Assembly: GCA_963844035.1 (NCBI GenBank) | Contig: CAWJMT010000037.1 | Coordinates: forward strand, 160,001 to 224,000 | From: an uncultured Gemmatimonadales bacterium | GTDB lineage: Bacteria; Gemmatimonadota; Gemmatimonadetes; Gemmatimonadales; GWC2-71-9 | Length of the DNA: 64,000 nt | Reading direction: 5' to 3' | Shown: positions 10,680 to 21,228 of the stretch, one piece after another | How positions within the stretch are numbered: position 1 is the stretch's first letter | Layout of the letters: the number at the start of each line of letters is the position of its first letter | Translations under genes and position numbers: made by a program | The notes under the pieces: generated by a model | What the model saw: only the letters and a program-made list of their open reading frames with translations | Told to the model about the DNA's origin: nothing | Database searches by the model: none

Positions 10680-13334
10680 ATGGTAGAAGTGTTGACCGGA
10701 CTCATTTTCTATCTCATCGCGCACACGCACTGGGACCGGGAGTGGTACCTCCCTCGGGCCGCCTTCCAGGCGCGCCTCATCCCCGTGCTCGACGACCTGA
10801 TCGAGCGGCTCGAGCGCGATCCTGGGTACCGCTCGTTCCTGCTCGACGGGCAGACCGTCCTCCTGCATGACTACTTCCAGGTGCGGCCGGAGCGGGAGGC
10901 GCAGGTACGCGCGCTGGTGAAGACCGGCCGCCTGCAGATTGGCCCGTGGTACGTGCTCGCCGACGAGCTGATTCCGTCGGGGGAGGCGCTCGTGCGCAAC
11001 CTGCTGCTCGGCGCGGCGGACTGCGAACGGCTCGGCGGGCGGAGCGACGTGCTCTATTCCCCCGACGCGTTCGGACATCCCGCCGTGCTGCCCACGCTGG
11101 CGCGGGAGTTCGGCATCAAGCACGGCGTCCTGTGGCGCGGGCTCGGTGGAGAAGCCGGCGAAGAGCGCGACACCTACAGCTGGCGCGGGCCGGACGGCAA
11201 GGAGATCGCGCTGTGGCACCTCCCCCCCGCCGGATACGGAGTTGGCGCCGATCTCCCGGCCGACCCCGACCGCCTGCCGGCCGCGTGGACGGCGGTGCGA
11301 CGCGCGCTCGTGGCGCGCGCGGCAGGCCATCATGTGGCGGTGTTCGTTGGTGCCGATCACCACGCGGCCCACCCGGACATGCCCCGGCTGCGCGATCTGC
11401 TTGCCGAGCTCGAGCCCGAAAACGCGTTTCGCGTCTCGCGGCTCGACGAGTTCTGCCGCGGGGCGGAAACCACCAAGCCGCAAGTGCTGAGCGGCGAGCT
11501 GCGCTGGTCCTATCGCTACACGTGGACGCTGCAGGGCGTGCACGGGACCCGCGCACCGCTCAAGCGCCGCAATTCCGAGCTGGAGCTGTGGCTCGAGCGG
11601 TTTGCCGAGCCGCTCACCGTGCTGGCGCGGCGCGCGGGTGGGCGTGACCGGCGCCCGTTGCTCGACCACGCCTGGCGCACCCTGGTCGGCTGTCAGTTTC
11701 ACGACGTGATCGCCGGCACCGTGAGCGATGCGGTGGCGCAATCGGTGGCCGCGCGGCACGACGCGGTCGAGGCGATGGCCCGCGAGCTGGTGCGCGACAG
11801 CGTACGCGAGCTGGTGCACCACGATCCCGATGCGGTGCGGGAACGGGCGGTCCCGCAGCGGCCCTCGCTCGTCGTGTGGAACCCCGCGGCCCGCGCGCGC
11901 GGCGGAGTCACCGTCGCGGATGTGACGCTGTTCCGTCGCGACGTGCGCGTCGGGCCTCCGCCGCACAAAGCGGTGCGTGAGGGTGCGGGATTCGTGCCGT
12001 TCGGACTGACGGCGCCGGGCGGGGAACCGGTCGGGGTCCAGGTGCTGGGCGTCACTCCCGGCACGGAGCGGCTCGAGGCGTCGCGGCACTATCCCGATCT
12101 CGACGAAGTCGTGCGCGTCCGGGTCGCGTTCCCCGCGCCCCCGGTCCCGGGCCTCGGTCTCGCCATCTGGTCCCTCTCGGCGCCGCGCGCCCTCGGGACG
12201 GACGATGGCGTGAGGGTGCGACGAAGCACCTTGATCAACCGTTTCGTTGAAGTCTCGCTCGATGCCGCCGGCACGCTCACGCTGGTGGACCGGCGCACCG
12301 GCGAGCGGTTCAGCGACCTCCTGCATCTCGAAATCGAGCGCGACGCCGGCGACACCTACACGTATTGCCCGGTGCCGGGCGTGGACGTGGTGCGCGCGCG
12401 GGCGCCGATCAAGCTGCGGCGGCTTGCTTCCGGTCCGCTGGTGGCGGCGCTCGAGGCCCGGTTCGTCATGGCGGAACGGGGTCGCGAGAGGGTGGGGCGT
12501 GTGGACGTGCGTCTCGTCGTCACCCTGCACGCCGACAGCCCGGTGGCGCGCTGCGTGATTGAGCTGGACAACCGGGCCACGAACCATCGCGTGCGGGCGC
12601 GCATTCCCACCCGGCTGGCCGGCGTGCCGGCGGTGGCCGGGACGGCGTTCGGCGCGATGGCGCGCGCGGCGATGGTGACCGACGCCGCCAACTTTCCGCT
12701 CGAGGCGCCGGTCGCGACGGCGCCGGCACACCGGTTCGTCGCGGCGGCGCAGGGACGCCGCGGCCTCGCGCTGTTCGCGCCCGGATTTTTCGAGTACGAA
12801 TGGACGCCGCAGGGCGATCTTCTGTTGACGCTGCTCCGAGCGGTGGGCGAGCTGTCCCGCAATGATCTGGCGACCCGTGCGGGACATGCGGCGTGGCCCA
12901 CCGCGACTCCGGGGGCGCAGTGCCTGGGCGTGACGCGCATCGAAGCCGGGCTGGCACCGGTGTCGGCGTTGGAGATCGAGCGCGGCGACGTGCTGCCCAT
13001 GTGGTGGGAGGACTGCTTCGTTCCGTTGCGCGGGTTCTGGCTGCGGGATGCCGGCGACCTCACGCCGTCGTCCACCGACATCGTGCTCGAAGGGCCCGGG
13101 CTGGTGATGTCGGCCGTGAAGGCGGCGCAAGCAGGATCGCCGCTGGTGCTGCGGTGCTACAACGCGACCGGAGGGAAAGTGGCGGGGGCGTGGCGTCTGG
13201 GGGACGGAGCACGGACCGCGCATCGGGTGCGCGCCGACGAGCGCGAGTCGGCGCCGCTGGTGCTCGAGGGCCGCGGGCACAGAGTCCGATTCGTCGCCGA
13301 GCCGTACGAAATCGTCACGATCCTGGTGACGTGA
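10680..13334 (+). CDS. Glycoside hydrolase family 38 (alpha-mannosidase/mannosylglycerate-hydrolase-like)
   Basis: HTHWDREWY, FLLDGQT, IGPWYVLADE, PDAFGH, QFHDVIAG, LTLLRAVG motifs. Confidence 0.92.
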   Translation: MVEVLTGLIFYLIAHTHWDREWYLPRAAFQARLIPVLDDLIERLERDPGYRSFLLDGQTVLLHDYFQVRPEREAQVRALVKTGRLQIGPWYVLADELIPSGEALVRNLLLGAADCERLGGRSDVLYSPDAFGHPAVLPTLAREFGIKHGVLWRGLGGEAGEERDTYSWRGPDGKEIALWHLPPAGYGVGADLPADPDRLPAAWTAVRRALVARAAGHHVAVFVGADHHAAHPDMPRLRDLLAELEPENAFRVSRLDEFCRGAETTKPQVLSGELRWSYRYTWTLQGVHGTRAPLKRRNSELELWLERFAEPLTVLARRAGGRDRRPLLDHAWRTLVGCQFHDVIAGTVSDAVAQSVAARHDAVEAMARELVRDSVRELVHHDPDAVRERAVPQRPSLVVWNPAARARGGVTVADVTLFRRDVRVGPPPHKAVREGAGFVPFGLTAPGGEPVGVQVLGVTPGTERLEASRHYPDLDEVVRVRVAFPAPPVPGLGLAIWSLSAPRALGTDDGVRVRRSTLINRFVEVSLDAAGTLTLVDRRTGERFSDLLHLEIERDAGDTYTYCPVPGVDVVRARAPIKLRRLASGPLVAALEARFVMAERGRERVGRVDVRLVVTLHADSPVARCVIELDNRATNHRVRARIPTRLAGVPAVAGTAFGAMARAAMVTDAANFPLEAPVATAPAHRFVAAAQGRRGLALFAPGFFEYEWTPQGDLLLTLLRAVGELSRNDLATRAGHAAWPTATPGAQCLGVTRIEAGLAPVSALEIERGDVLPMWWEDCFVPLRGFWLRDAGDLTPSSTDIVLEGPGLVMSAVKAAQAGSPLVLRCYNATGGKVAGAWRLGDGARTAHRVRADERESAPLVLEGRGHRVRFVAEPYEIVTILVT

Positions 13335-13344
13335 GGGCCATGGA

Positions 13345-14021
13345 ATGATTCGCGAGCGCCACATCACCGTGCCACGCACCGCGCGCTACTACACGCTCGG
13401 GGAGCCAGGCGCAAGGACAACCGAGGTCTGGTTCGCGCTGCACGGCTACGGTCAGCTCGCGGCAGCATTTCTGAGCGCCCTCGAGCCGCTCGACGACGGC
13501 TCGCGCCTGATCGTCGCTCCGGAGGCACTGTCCCGGTTCTATCTCGGCGGAGTAGGCAGCCGAGCCGCGGCGGAGCGCGCCGTCGGCGCGGCCTGGATGA
13601 CGCGCGAAGATCGGCTGGCGGAGATCGACGACCAGGTGCGCTATCTGGACGCGGTCACGCGGAGGTGCTCTCCGGCCTCGCGCCCAATCACACCGCGCGT
13701 GTGCGTGCTGGGGTTTTCGCAAGGGACGACGGCCGCGGCGCGGTGGCTCGCGCTCGGAACGGCGCGCGTCGAGCGCTTGATTCTGTGGGGTGGCGAGCTG
13801 CCGCCGGACCTCGATCTGTCGGCGCAGGCGCGAGCGGTTGGCGCGGGTCGATCTCACGCTCGTCGCCGGCACGCGGGACGACTACATCACCGGCCAAGAT
13901 CCTCGAGCGTGAGCGCCGGCGGCTCGAAGCGGCCGCGATCCCGTTCCGGGTGGTGCCATTCGCCGGCGGGCATGAGATCGACCCTGCGGTGTTGCGGCAG
14001 GTGGCGGGCGTGCGCGAGTAA
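13345..14021 (+). CDS. Phospholipase/carboxylesterase (alpha/beta hydrolase); frameshifts in the 3' third
   Basis: LHGYGQ, APEALSRFY, WMTREDR, nucleophile GFSQG, C-terminal FAGGHEID in an alternative frame ending at 14021. Confidence 0.85.
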
Positions 14022-14103
14022 ACTCGCGGCTCGGCCGCTGCCCGTAAACGGGCTTAGTGCCGCCGCTTGAGCGGCAGACGCCGAGCCGCGGCTTCAGCCG
14101 CGG
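14013..14103. repeat. Cluster of nested short palindromes between convergent genes
   Basis: CGCGAGT-aa-ACTCGCG, GCCCGT-aa-ACGGGC, GCCGCT-tg-AGCGGC, CCGCGGCT-tc-AGCCGCGG, plus an enclosing 11-bp stem 14025-35/14080-90. Confidence 0.7.
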
Positions 14104-14152
14104 ATCCCTGGCCGCGTCCCGACAACGTGAACAACGTCCTTGTCATCGACAC

Positions 14153-15002
14153 CTAGCGCCCCTTCCCGCCTTCGCTCGCGAGCCAGTCGCGCAGCGCGTC
14201 GCCGACGAGCGTGCATGCCATCACCACGAGAACCAGAGCGACACCTGGCGCGGCGGCAATCCAGGGCGCGTTGATGAGCGTGTCGCGACCGGACGCGATC
14301 ATGTTGCCCCACGACGCCGCGGGCGGCTGCACCCCCAATCCTAAGAACGAGAGCCCCGCCTCGAGCAGGATCGCGTTACCCACGCCCAGTGCCGCTGCCA
14401 CGATCACCGGCGTCAACGCGTTGGGGAGGATGTGCCGCCACAGCACTCGGCTGCGGCGCGCCCCCAGGGCGATCGCACCGTCCACGAAGGGACGCACGGC
14501 GAGGGCCCGAACTTCGCGCGTACACGAGCCGTGCAACCGTCATCCATCCGGTGCAGCCGAGCACCAGGATCACCAGGGTCGTGCTCGGTTGCCACAGCGA
14601 GGCGAGCAACAGCAGGAGCACCACGCGTGGCAGCGCCAACGCGAAGTCGGTCACACCCAGCAACACCACGCTCACGCCCCGGGGCGCGTATCCCGCGGTG
14701 GCGCCCACCGCGACTCCGAGCACGACCGAGAGCAGCACGGCGAGCGCACTCACCGACAGAGAAATCCGGGCGCCGTAGACCAGACGCGTCCAGATGTCGC
14801 GCCCGAAGCGGTCGGTGCCGAGCAGGTGCAGGGCGTGGTAACGGTCGATGGTGAGCGGCGGGAGGAAGCGGGTGGCGGCCACGTGGTGTTGGGCGGTCGG
14901 CGCGCCGGATGTGACCAGCGGCGCGGCGGCGGCGAGCAACACCATCGTGGCCAGCAGGGTCACGCCCAGCGCGGCCCGCCGATCGTTCCAGAGACGGATC
15001 AC
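14153..15002 (-). CDS. Peptide/nickel ABC transporter permease (DppC/OppC-like); frameshift near 14515
   Basis: HLLGTDRFGRDIWTRLVYGARISL; ALGA...RHILPN; EAGLSFLGLGVQPPAASWGNMI. Confidence 0.9.
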
Positions 15003-15976
15003 CGCAGACGCCCCCGGGTGCGCATCCGGGGATCGACCCACACCGCGAGCCCATCCGCGAGCAGATTGCCCGCGACCACGAGCACCGCGCTCACCGTGGT
15101 GGCCGCCAGCACCACCGGATAGTCGCGGGCATGAACGGCATCGACGAGGACGCGGCCGACCCCCGGCCACGCGAATACCGCTTCGACGAATACGGCGCCC
15201 GAGAAGAGGGCAGGGAGCGAGAGCCCCAGCAGGACGACAATGGGCACGAGCGCGTTGCGGAGCACGTGGTGCAGCATCACGCGCGCCGGAGTCGCGCCTT
15301 TTGCGCGTGCGGTCGTGACGTAGCCTTGCGTCGCGACGTCGAGCATCGCGCCCCGGACATAGCGGGCCCACCCCCCGGCGCCGATCAGCGTCAACGTCGC
15401 GAGCGGGAGCGCGAGGTGTCGCAGTCGGTCGGAAATGCGGGGCCAGCCCGAGAGGAGATCGGCGTCGAGGCCGGCGGCGCCGAAGGCGGGCAGCACCCGG
15501 GCCCAGTAGGTGAACACCGCGACCAACATGAGCCCCAGCCAGTAGCCCGGCACCGCGAACAGTGTCACGCTCGCCGCCGAAAGCGCCGTGTCGAGCCGCG
15601 AGCCGCTCACCGCCGCTTGCACCGCCCCCACCGCCAGGCCCAGCAGGGTGCTCAGCAGCAGCGACAGGCCGACGAGCTGTACCGTCGCCGGCCACGCCTC
15701 ACCGAGCAGCGTGCGCACCGGCCGGCCGGTGGCGATGCTGGTGCCCCAGTCGCCGCGCACCGCCCGGCCGACCCAGGTGATGAATTGTGCCGCGACGGGG
15801 CGATCCAGGCCGAGGACGTGGCGCTGAGCGGCGAGCTGCGCGGCCGTGGCTGTGGGCGCGAGCAGGCGTGCCGCGGGATCGCCGGGCGCCAGGCGCAGCA
15901 GCAGGAACGTGAGGGCGACGACGCCCCCGACGACCGCGAGACCGGCGATCGCGCGGCGCCCGAACGCGGCGAGCAT
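14999..15976 (-). CDS. Peptide/nickel ABC transporter permease (DppB/OppB-like)
   Basis: APGDPA, LGLDRP, HLALP, TARAKG, VEAVFAWPGVG, RDYPVV. Confidence 0.92.
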   Translation of the reverse strand: MLAAFGRRAIAGLAVVGGVVALTFLLLRLAPGDPAARLLAPTATAAQLAAQRHVLGLDRPVAAQFITWVGRAVRGDWGTSIATGRPVRTLLGEAWPATVQLVGLSLLLSTLLGLAVGAVQAAVSGSRLDTALSAASVTLFAVPGYWLGLMLVAVFTYWARVLPAFGAAGLDADLLSGWPRISDRLRHLALPLATLTLIGAGGWARYVRGAMLDVATQGYVTTARAKGATPARVMLHHVLRNALVPIVVLLGLSLPALFSGAVFVEAVFAWPGVGRVLVDAVHARDYPVVLAATTVSAVLVVAGNLLADGLAVWVDPRMRTRGRLR

Positions 15977-16022
15977 GCGTGAGAATCTCGCGTGGCTCCG
16001 AGGGCGCCGCTAGAATGCAGCC

Positions 16023-17465
16023 GTGCTGCGACGCGCGCTCTGGGGCCTGTCCACGGTTGGAGTCTGGGGAACGCTGGCGTGCGGGGCGGGGCCGCGTCCG
16101 CCGCGCTCGGTGGTGTTTGCCACCGGCGCCGATTTGCAGACCGTCAACCCGCTCGTGACGATCCATCCGTTTGCGAAGCAGGTAGAGCGGTACGTGCTGC
16201 TCACCACGCTCATCCGTTACGATGCCGAGCTCAAGCCCCAGCCGTACCTGGCGCGCAGCTGGCGTTGGTCTCCCGATCGCCGCTCGCTCGTCTTCGCGCT
16301 GGCCACCGGGGTGCGCTGGAGTGACGGCCGGCCGACGATCGCCCGCGACGTCGCGTGGACCATCAGCACCGCGCGCGACGCCGCGACCGGCTATCCCCGC
16401 ATGGACGACTTGAGCGGCATCGCCTTCGTCAACGATCCGAATGACTCCACGGTGATCGTGCGGTTTGCGAACCCGCAGGCGGACCTGTTGGACGTGTTCA
16501 CCGACCTCGCCATCCTGCCGGCGCACCTGCTCGACACGGTGCCGCCGGAACGGTTGCGGCAGGCGGCCTGGAACGAACACCCGGTGAGCAACGGACCGTT
16601 TCGGTTCGTGCTCCACGAAACCAATCGCCGCTGGGTATTCGAAGCGAACCGGGAGTTCCCGGCGGAGCTCGGCGGCCCCCCCTGGATCCAGCGCTTCGTG
16701 GTCGTCGTGGTGGACGATCCCAGCACCAAGCTCGCGGCGCTCACGGCAGGCGAGGTCGATTTCGCCGGGATCCAACCCGCCCATGCGGCCTTCGTGCGGC
16801 GCGATCCGCGACTCAAGCTGCTCGACTACCCCGTGCTCCTGCCGTATGGCTTGGTCTTCAACACCCGCGCCGCCCCGTTCGACGATCGGCGCGTGCGCCT
16901 GGCGGCGGCGCTGGCCGTAGACCGCCAGGAAATCGTCGACGGCTATCTGTACGGCTTCGGTACGCCGGCCTACGGACCGCTGCCCCCCGGGGTGGATGCG
17001 ATTGCGCCTCCCCGCACCCTCCCGACCGATCCCGATTCGTCGCTGCGGCTGCTTGGCGGGCGGCGCATCGCCTTCGATCTGCTGACGGTCGGCTCGGGCG
17101 AAGCGCCGCTCGAGCAGATGCTCCAGGCGCAGCTCGCACGTGCGGGGTTCGACGTGCGGATTCGCCAGGTCGAGCTGACGGCGTTCCTCGACCGCGTGTA
17201 CGGGCCGCGGCGCGACTTTGAAGCGGCAGTGATCGGCATTCCGGGGGACCTCGGGCTCGGCTATCTGCAGACCCTGGCGCGGATCGCGGGGGTCAGGCCC
17301 CGCGCCGATCCCGCCGCCGCGGCGCGGATGTTTCGCGACTCGTTGCCGGTCGCGTTCCTCTATCATGCCCGCGGCGTGCAGGGGATCAGCCGGCGGGTGC
17401 AGGGGGTGCGCATGGATTTGCGCGGCGAGCTGCCGACCATCGCCCATTGGCGGACGGCCCAGTGA
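16023..17465 (+). CDS. ABC substrate-binding lipoprotein, family 5 (peptide-type)
   Basis: Lipobox TLAC; PYLARSW, GVRWSDGRP, PVSNGPF, FDDRRVRLA. Confidence 0.9.
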   Translation: MLRRALWGLSTVGVWGTLACGAGPRPPRSVVFATGADLQTVNPLVTIHPFAKQVERYVLLTTLIRYDAELKPQPYLARSWRWSPDRRSLVFALATGVRWSDGRPTIARDVAWTISTARDAATGYPRMDDLSGIAFVNDPNDSTVIVRFANPQADLLDVFTDLAILPAHLLDTVPPERLRQAAWNEHPVSNGPFRFVLHETNRRWVFEANREFPAELGGPPWIQRFVVVVVDDPSTKLAALTAGEVDFAGIQPAHAAFVRRDPRLKLLDYPVLLPYGLVFNTRAAPFDDRRVRLAAALAVDRQEIVDGYLYGFGTPAYGPLPPGVDAIAPPRTLPTDPDSSLRLLGGRRIAFDLLTVGSGEAPLEQMLQAQLARAGFDVRIRQVELTAFLDRVYGPRRDFEAAVIGIPGDLGLGYLQTLARIAGVRPRADPAAAARMFRDSLPVAFLYHARGVQGISRRVQGVRMDLRGELPTIAHWRTAQ

Positions 17466-18472
17466 GGCGGCGCGACCTTCCAACCCAGTTCCGCGCCACG
17501 GCCCCGGTGCGGCTCGACTTCGCCGGCGGTTGGACCGACGTGCCGCCGTTCTCGGCGCGCGAGGGCGGGATCGTCGTCAACGCCGCCATCCGGCTCCTGG
17601 TGCACGTCGAGCTGAAACTCGGCGGTGACCGAACCAAACTGGCCGCGCTCGATCTCAACGAGGAAGTCGAGTCCGAGAACGCGGCGGCGTTCGCCATGGA
17701 CGGGCGGCTGACGCTGCACAAGGCGGCGCTCCGCATGTTTCCGCCCCAGACCGCCTGCACCTTGACCACCCGCTCCGACGTTCCACCGGGCTCGGGGCTC
17801 GGGAGCTCGGGCGCGCTCGACGTGGCGCTGATCGCAGCCCTGGCGCAGGCTCGTGGTGAGCGCCTGTCGCCCCAGGAGATCGCGGAGCACGGTTGGTATC
17901 TTGAGGCGGTGGAGGCGAAAATTCCTGGCGGCAAGCAGGACCAGTTTGCCGCCAGCCTGGGCGGGTTCCATCGCATGACGTTTCGCGATCCGGATGTCGG
18001 CATCGAGCCGATCACGCTCGCTCCCGATTTTGCCGCGACTCTCGAGCGGCACACCGTGCTGTGCTACACGGGTGAGTCCCGCGTTTCCGGTGCCACGATC
18101 GCCCGTGTGATGGATGCGTATGAACGCGGCGACTCCGGCGTTACGGCCGCGTTGCGCGCGCTCAAAGAAACGGCCGCTCGGATGGCGGATGCCCTGCGCG
18201 CTGCCGACTTGGAGGGAGTGGGGACTCTGCTGACCGAGAATTGGCGTCATCAGCAGGCCCTCGATCCCGCGATGCGCACCGCTCCGATGGCGGACCTGGA
18301 ACGGGCGATGACGGATGCCGGCTTGCTCGGGAGCAAGGCGGCCGGCTCGGGGGCCGGAGGGTGCATGATGTTTCTGGTGCGCGATCCCGGGACGGCCGCG
18401 GCGGCAGCGCGTGCCGCCGGGGCAGTGATCCTGCCGGTCGCGTGGGCCCGAGAGGGAGTGCAAGTATGGTGA
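17462..18472 (+). CDS. GHMP-family sugar kinase (HddA/fucokinase-like)
   Basis: APVRLDFAGGWTD, VPPGSGLGSSGA, GGKQDQ, GSKAAGSGAGG. Confidence 0.9.
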   Translation: MRRRDLPTQFRATAPVRLDFAGGWTDVPPFSAREGGIVVNAAIRLLVHVELKLGGDRTKLAALDLNEEVESENAAAFAMDGRLTLHKAALRMFPPQTACTLTTRSDVPPGSGLGSSGALDVALIAALAQARGERLSPQEIAEHGWYLEAVEAKIPGGKQDQFAASLGGFHRMTFRDPDVGIEPITLAPDFAATLERHTVLCYTGESRVSGATIARVMDAYERGDSGVTAALRALKETAARMADALRAADLEGVGTLLTENWRHQQALDPAMRTAPMADLERAMTDAGLLGSKAAGSGAGGCMMFLVRDPGTAAAAARAAGAVILPVAWAREGVQVW

Positions 18473-21228
18473 CAGCGGAAATGCTCGCGGCCCGGCGGCT
18501 CGAGATTGCCGGGTCGGCGGACCTGACACAGACCCTCACGCGACTCGCGGCCCAGGCGCGCCCGGTGCTCGAGCGGCTGCCCCACATCCCCGAGGAGAAA
18601 GCGCTCCTCTCGCAGGATGGGGGCGTCTGTCCCACGGACGGCAAGGCGCTCGTGTTCGATCCCTGGAGTCCACGGGCGCACCGCTGTCCTCGATGTGGAG
18701 CGACCCACACCGGCAAACGCCACGACGCCCACTGGGCGCGCTACCAGCACCTGTGGCTCGCCGAGCGGGCCGCGCACCTCGCCGCGCTCGCGGCGCGTGA
18801 GCGACGCGCCAGCCGCCGCGGCGCGCGCCGCCGAAATTCTCACCGTGTACGGCGATCGCTACCTGAGCTATCCGAACCGTGACAACGTGCTCGGCCCCAG
18901 CCGCCTGTTCTTTTCGACCTATCTCGAATCGATCTGGCTGTGCAACTATCTCGCGGCGGCAATACTGCTGCGCGAGGCGGGCCAGCTCGAGACATCCGTG
19001 GCCCAGGCGGTCACGCAGGTGGCGGACGAGGCGGCAAACCTGATCGGTGAGTTCGACGAGTGGTTTTCCAACCGGCAGATCTGGAACAACGCATGTCTCA
19101 CCGCGATCGCGGTGTGGTTCGAGGATGACGAGCTGGCCCACCGCGCCATCCTCGGCAACACCGGCCTCGTGGCCCAGCTGGCGCGCGGCTTCGGAGAAGA
19201 CGGCATGTGGCACGAGGGAGAGAATTACCACCAGTTCGCGCTGCGAGCCTGGCTCACGGGCGCCGGGTGGGCCCGGCATATCGGCGACGATCTGCTTGGT
19301 GACCCGAAGGTCGCGGCGCGACTCGCCGCGGCGCTGCGGGCGCCGGCGGGCAGCGCGCTTCCGGACTTCACCTACCCCGCGCGCAAGGATTCCCGATTCG
19401 GAATCTCACTCGCGCAACCGGCGTATCTCGAGATCGCGGAGATCGGACTAGCGAGACTGGGGACGGGGGACGGGGGACGGGGGACGGGGGAGGTGCTCGG
19501 CTGGCTTCAGGCGCTGTACCAAGTCAAGCCGGCGTCCGGGGGACCTCATGGAGTCCTATCTCCATGATGCACCCGATCGAACCCCGTCCCCCGTCCCCCG
19601 TCCCGCGTCGCGTTGTCGTGGTGGTCTTTGCTCGAGATGCTCCCCGAGCTTCCCGCGGCACCGCCGTGGTCGCCGCGCGGTGAACTGCTCGTGTCGCAGG
19701 GGCTGGCGGTGCTGCGCGCGCCGGGCCGCTACGTGAGTCTCGAGTGCGGCCCGACGGGCGGTGGGCACGGTCACGCCGACCGTTTGCACCTCACGCTCAA
19801 TGCCGACGGGATCCCGTGGCTGTGCGATTTCGGAACCCCCTCGTACGTCGCGCGCGAGCTCCCCTGGTACCGCTCGACGCTGGCCCACAACGCCCCGCGC
19901 ATCGACGGTCAATCACAACCCGCCGAGGGCGCCACCTGTGATGCGTTCGAGATCGCGCGACAGCTGGGGCTGGGCACGCGGCCGGTTCGGCGACCTGACC
20001 CGCACGGTGGTGGCCGGTCCGTCGTACGTCGTCGATCAGGTCGAGATGGCGACGCGCGATGAGCATCTGCTCGAGCTGCCGTGGCATTTCACAGGGGATG
20101 TGTCCGTGGAAATGCCGGGTGTGTGGGCGCCTGACGCCTTGTCCGAGTCCAATGAGTTCGTGGGAGCCGTCGAGCGCTTCGAGCCGTCCGCTCCCGGACC
20201 GATCGTGCTCGAGGTTGTGGCCGGGGACCGTCGCTTGCGAGTCCATCTGTCGGGCGGCGACCTGCTGCGCGCCGATGCGCCCGGCCGGCCCGACGGGTCG
20301 GACAAGCGGGAGACATTCTTCATGATCCGCTCAGCCGGTCGCGCCGCGCGTCTCGTCAGCGTGCTCGAGAGCGTAGCGCAGGAAGCGTCGGTCCGCGCGG
20401 TGCGGCCGAAAGGAGAACTGATCGAGGTCGAAACGGCGCGCGGTGTCGACCGGCACTCGGCGCTGTCGGGAGGCTGGAGCATCGACGGCCCTTCGGGCAC
20501 CGTCAAGTTGGGGGGCAAGCGCAAGCCGTCCCCCGCGTTCGAGCCGCTGCTGGAAATCAATCTTCCCACGAAGGCGACCGGAACCGCCCTGCGCATCGAC
20601 GCGCCGCCGGCGCTCGACGGTACGCTCGCAGGCTTCGACGACAGCGACCCCATCGTCCTCGACATCGAGGATCAGTATCGCCGCAGTGAAGAGCCGTATC
20701 CCGGTCCGGAGGAGTTTTCGGCTATCGCCTACGTGAACTGGACCGACGACGCGCTGTACCTCGCGGTGGAGGTGACGAAGGCGGACCTCTGCCTGCGCGC
20801 GGGCGACGCCCCGCCGCTGCTGCTCGACAACGAACCCGATGACATTCACTCCGACGGGCTGCAGGTGTACCTGCAGGAGGGTGACGAGGGCCCGGTGTAC
20901 GGTTTCTTGATCGTCCCGCAGGGCACGCGAGCATGGTCCGGTGCGCGTGCGCCCCGTCGAGGGTACGGCAGCCGCTGCGGATCTGGTGCAGGGCGCGTGG
21001 GAACGCACCGAGGGCGGCTATCGCGTGACGCTCGCGATCGCGTTCTCCGCGGATGCGCGTGCCCATCGCGGCGAGACGCTGGGGTTCGATCTGATCGTGA
21101 ACGAAATGCTTCCGGGCCGCGTGCGGCGGGCGGGGCAGCTCGTCTGGAGCGGTGGCAACAGCTGGGTGTGGCTGCGCGGCGACCGCCAGCCGGTCGGGCG
21201 CTTCGGCGTGCTGGAGCTGCTCGGATGA
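18466..21228 (+). CDS. Heparinase II/III / oligoalginate-lyase-like protein with C-terminal CBM9-like domain; frameshifts near 18795, 19545, 19955 and 20925
   Basis: CPTDG...CPRCG, LESIWL, SNRQIWNNA, DGMWHEGENYH, GHGHADRLH, WYRSTLAHNA; C-terminal WTDDALYLAVEV...SDGLQVY...LGFDLIVNE. Confidence 0.75.
19459..19604. repeat. Inverted pair of heptamer tandem arrays inside a CDS
   Basis: (ACGGGGG)x4 at about 19463-19490 and the complementary (CCCCCGT)x3 at about 19582-19604. Confidence 0.8.

Noticed and set aside
10653..13379. Long antisense ORFs (this one, 8149..10368, 15699..17483, 63050..63997 and others)
   Set aside because: Shadow frames of high-GC genes, Arg/Pro/Ala-rich with no recognisable motifs
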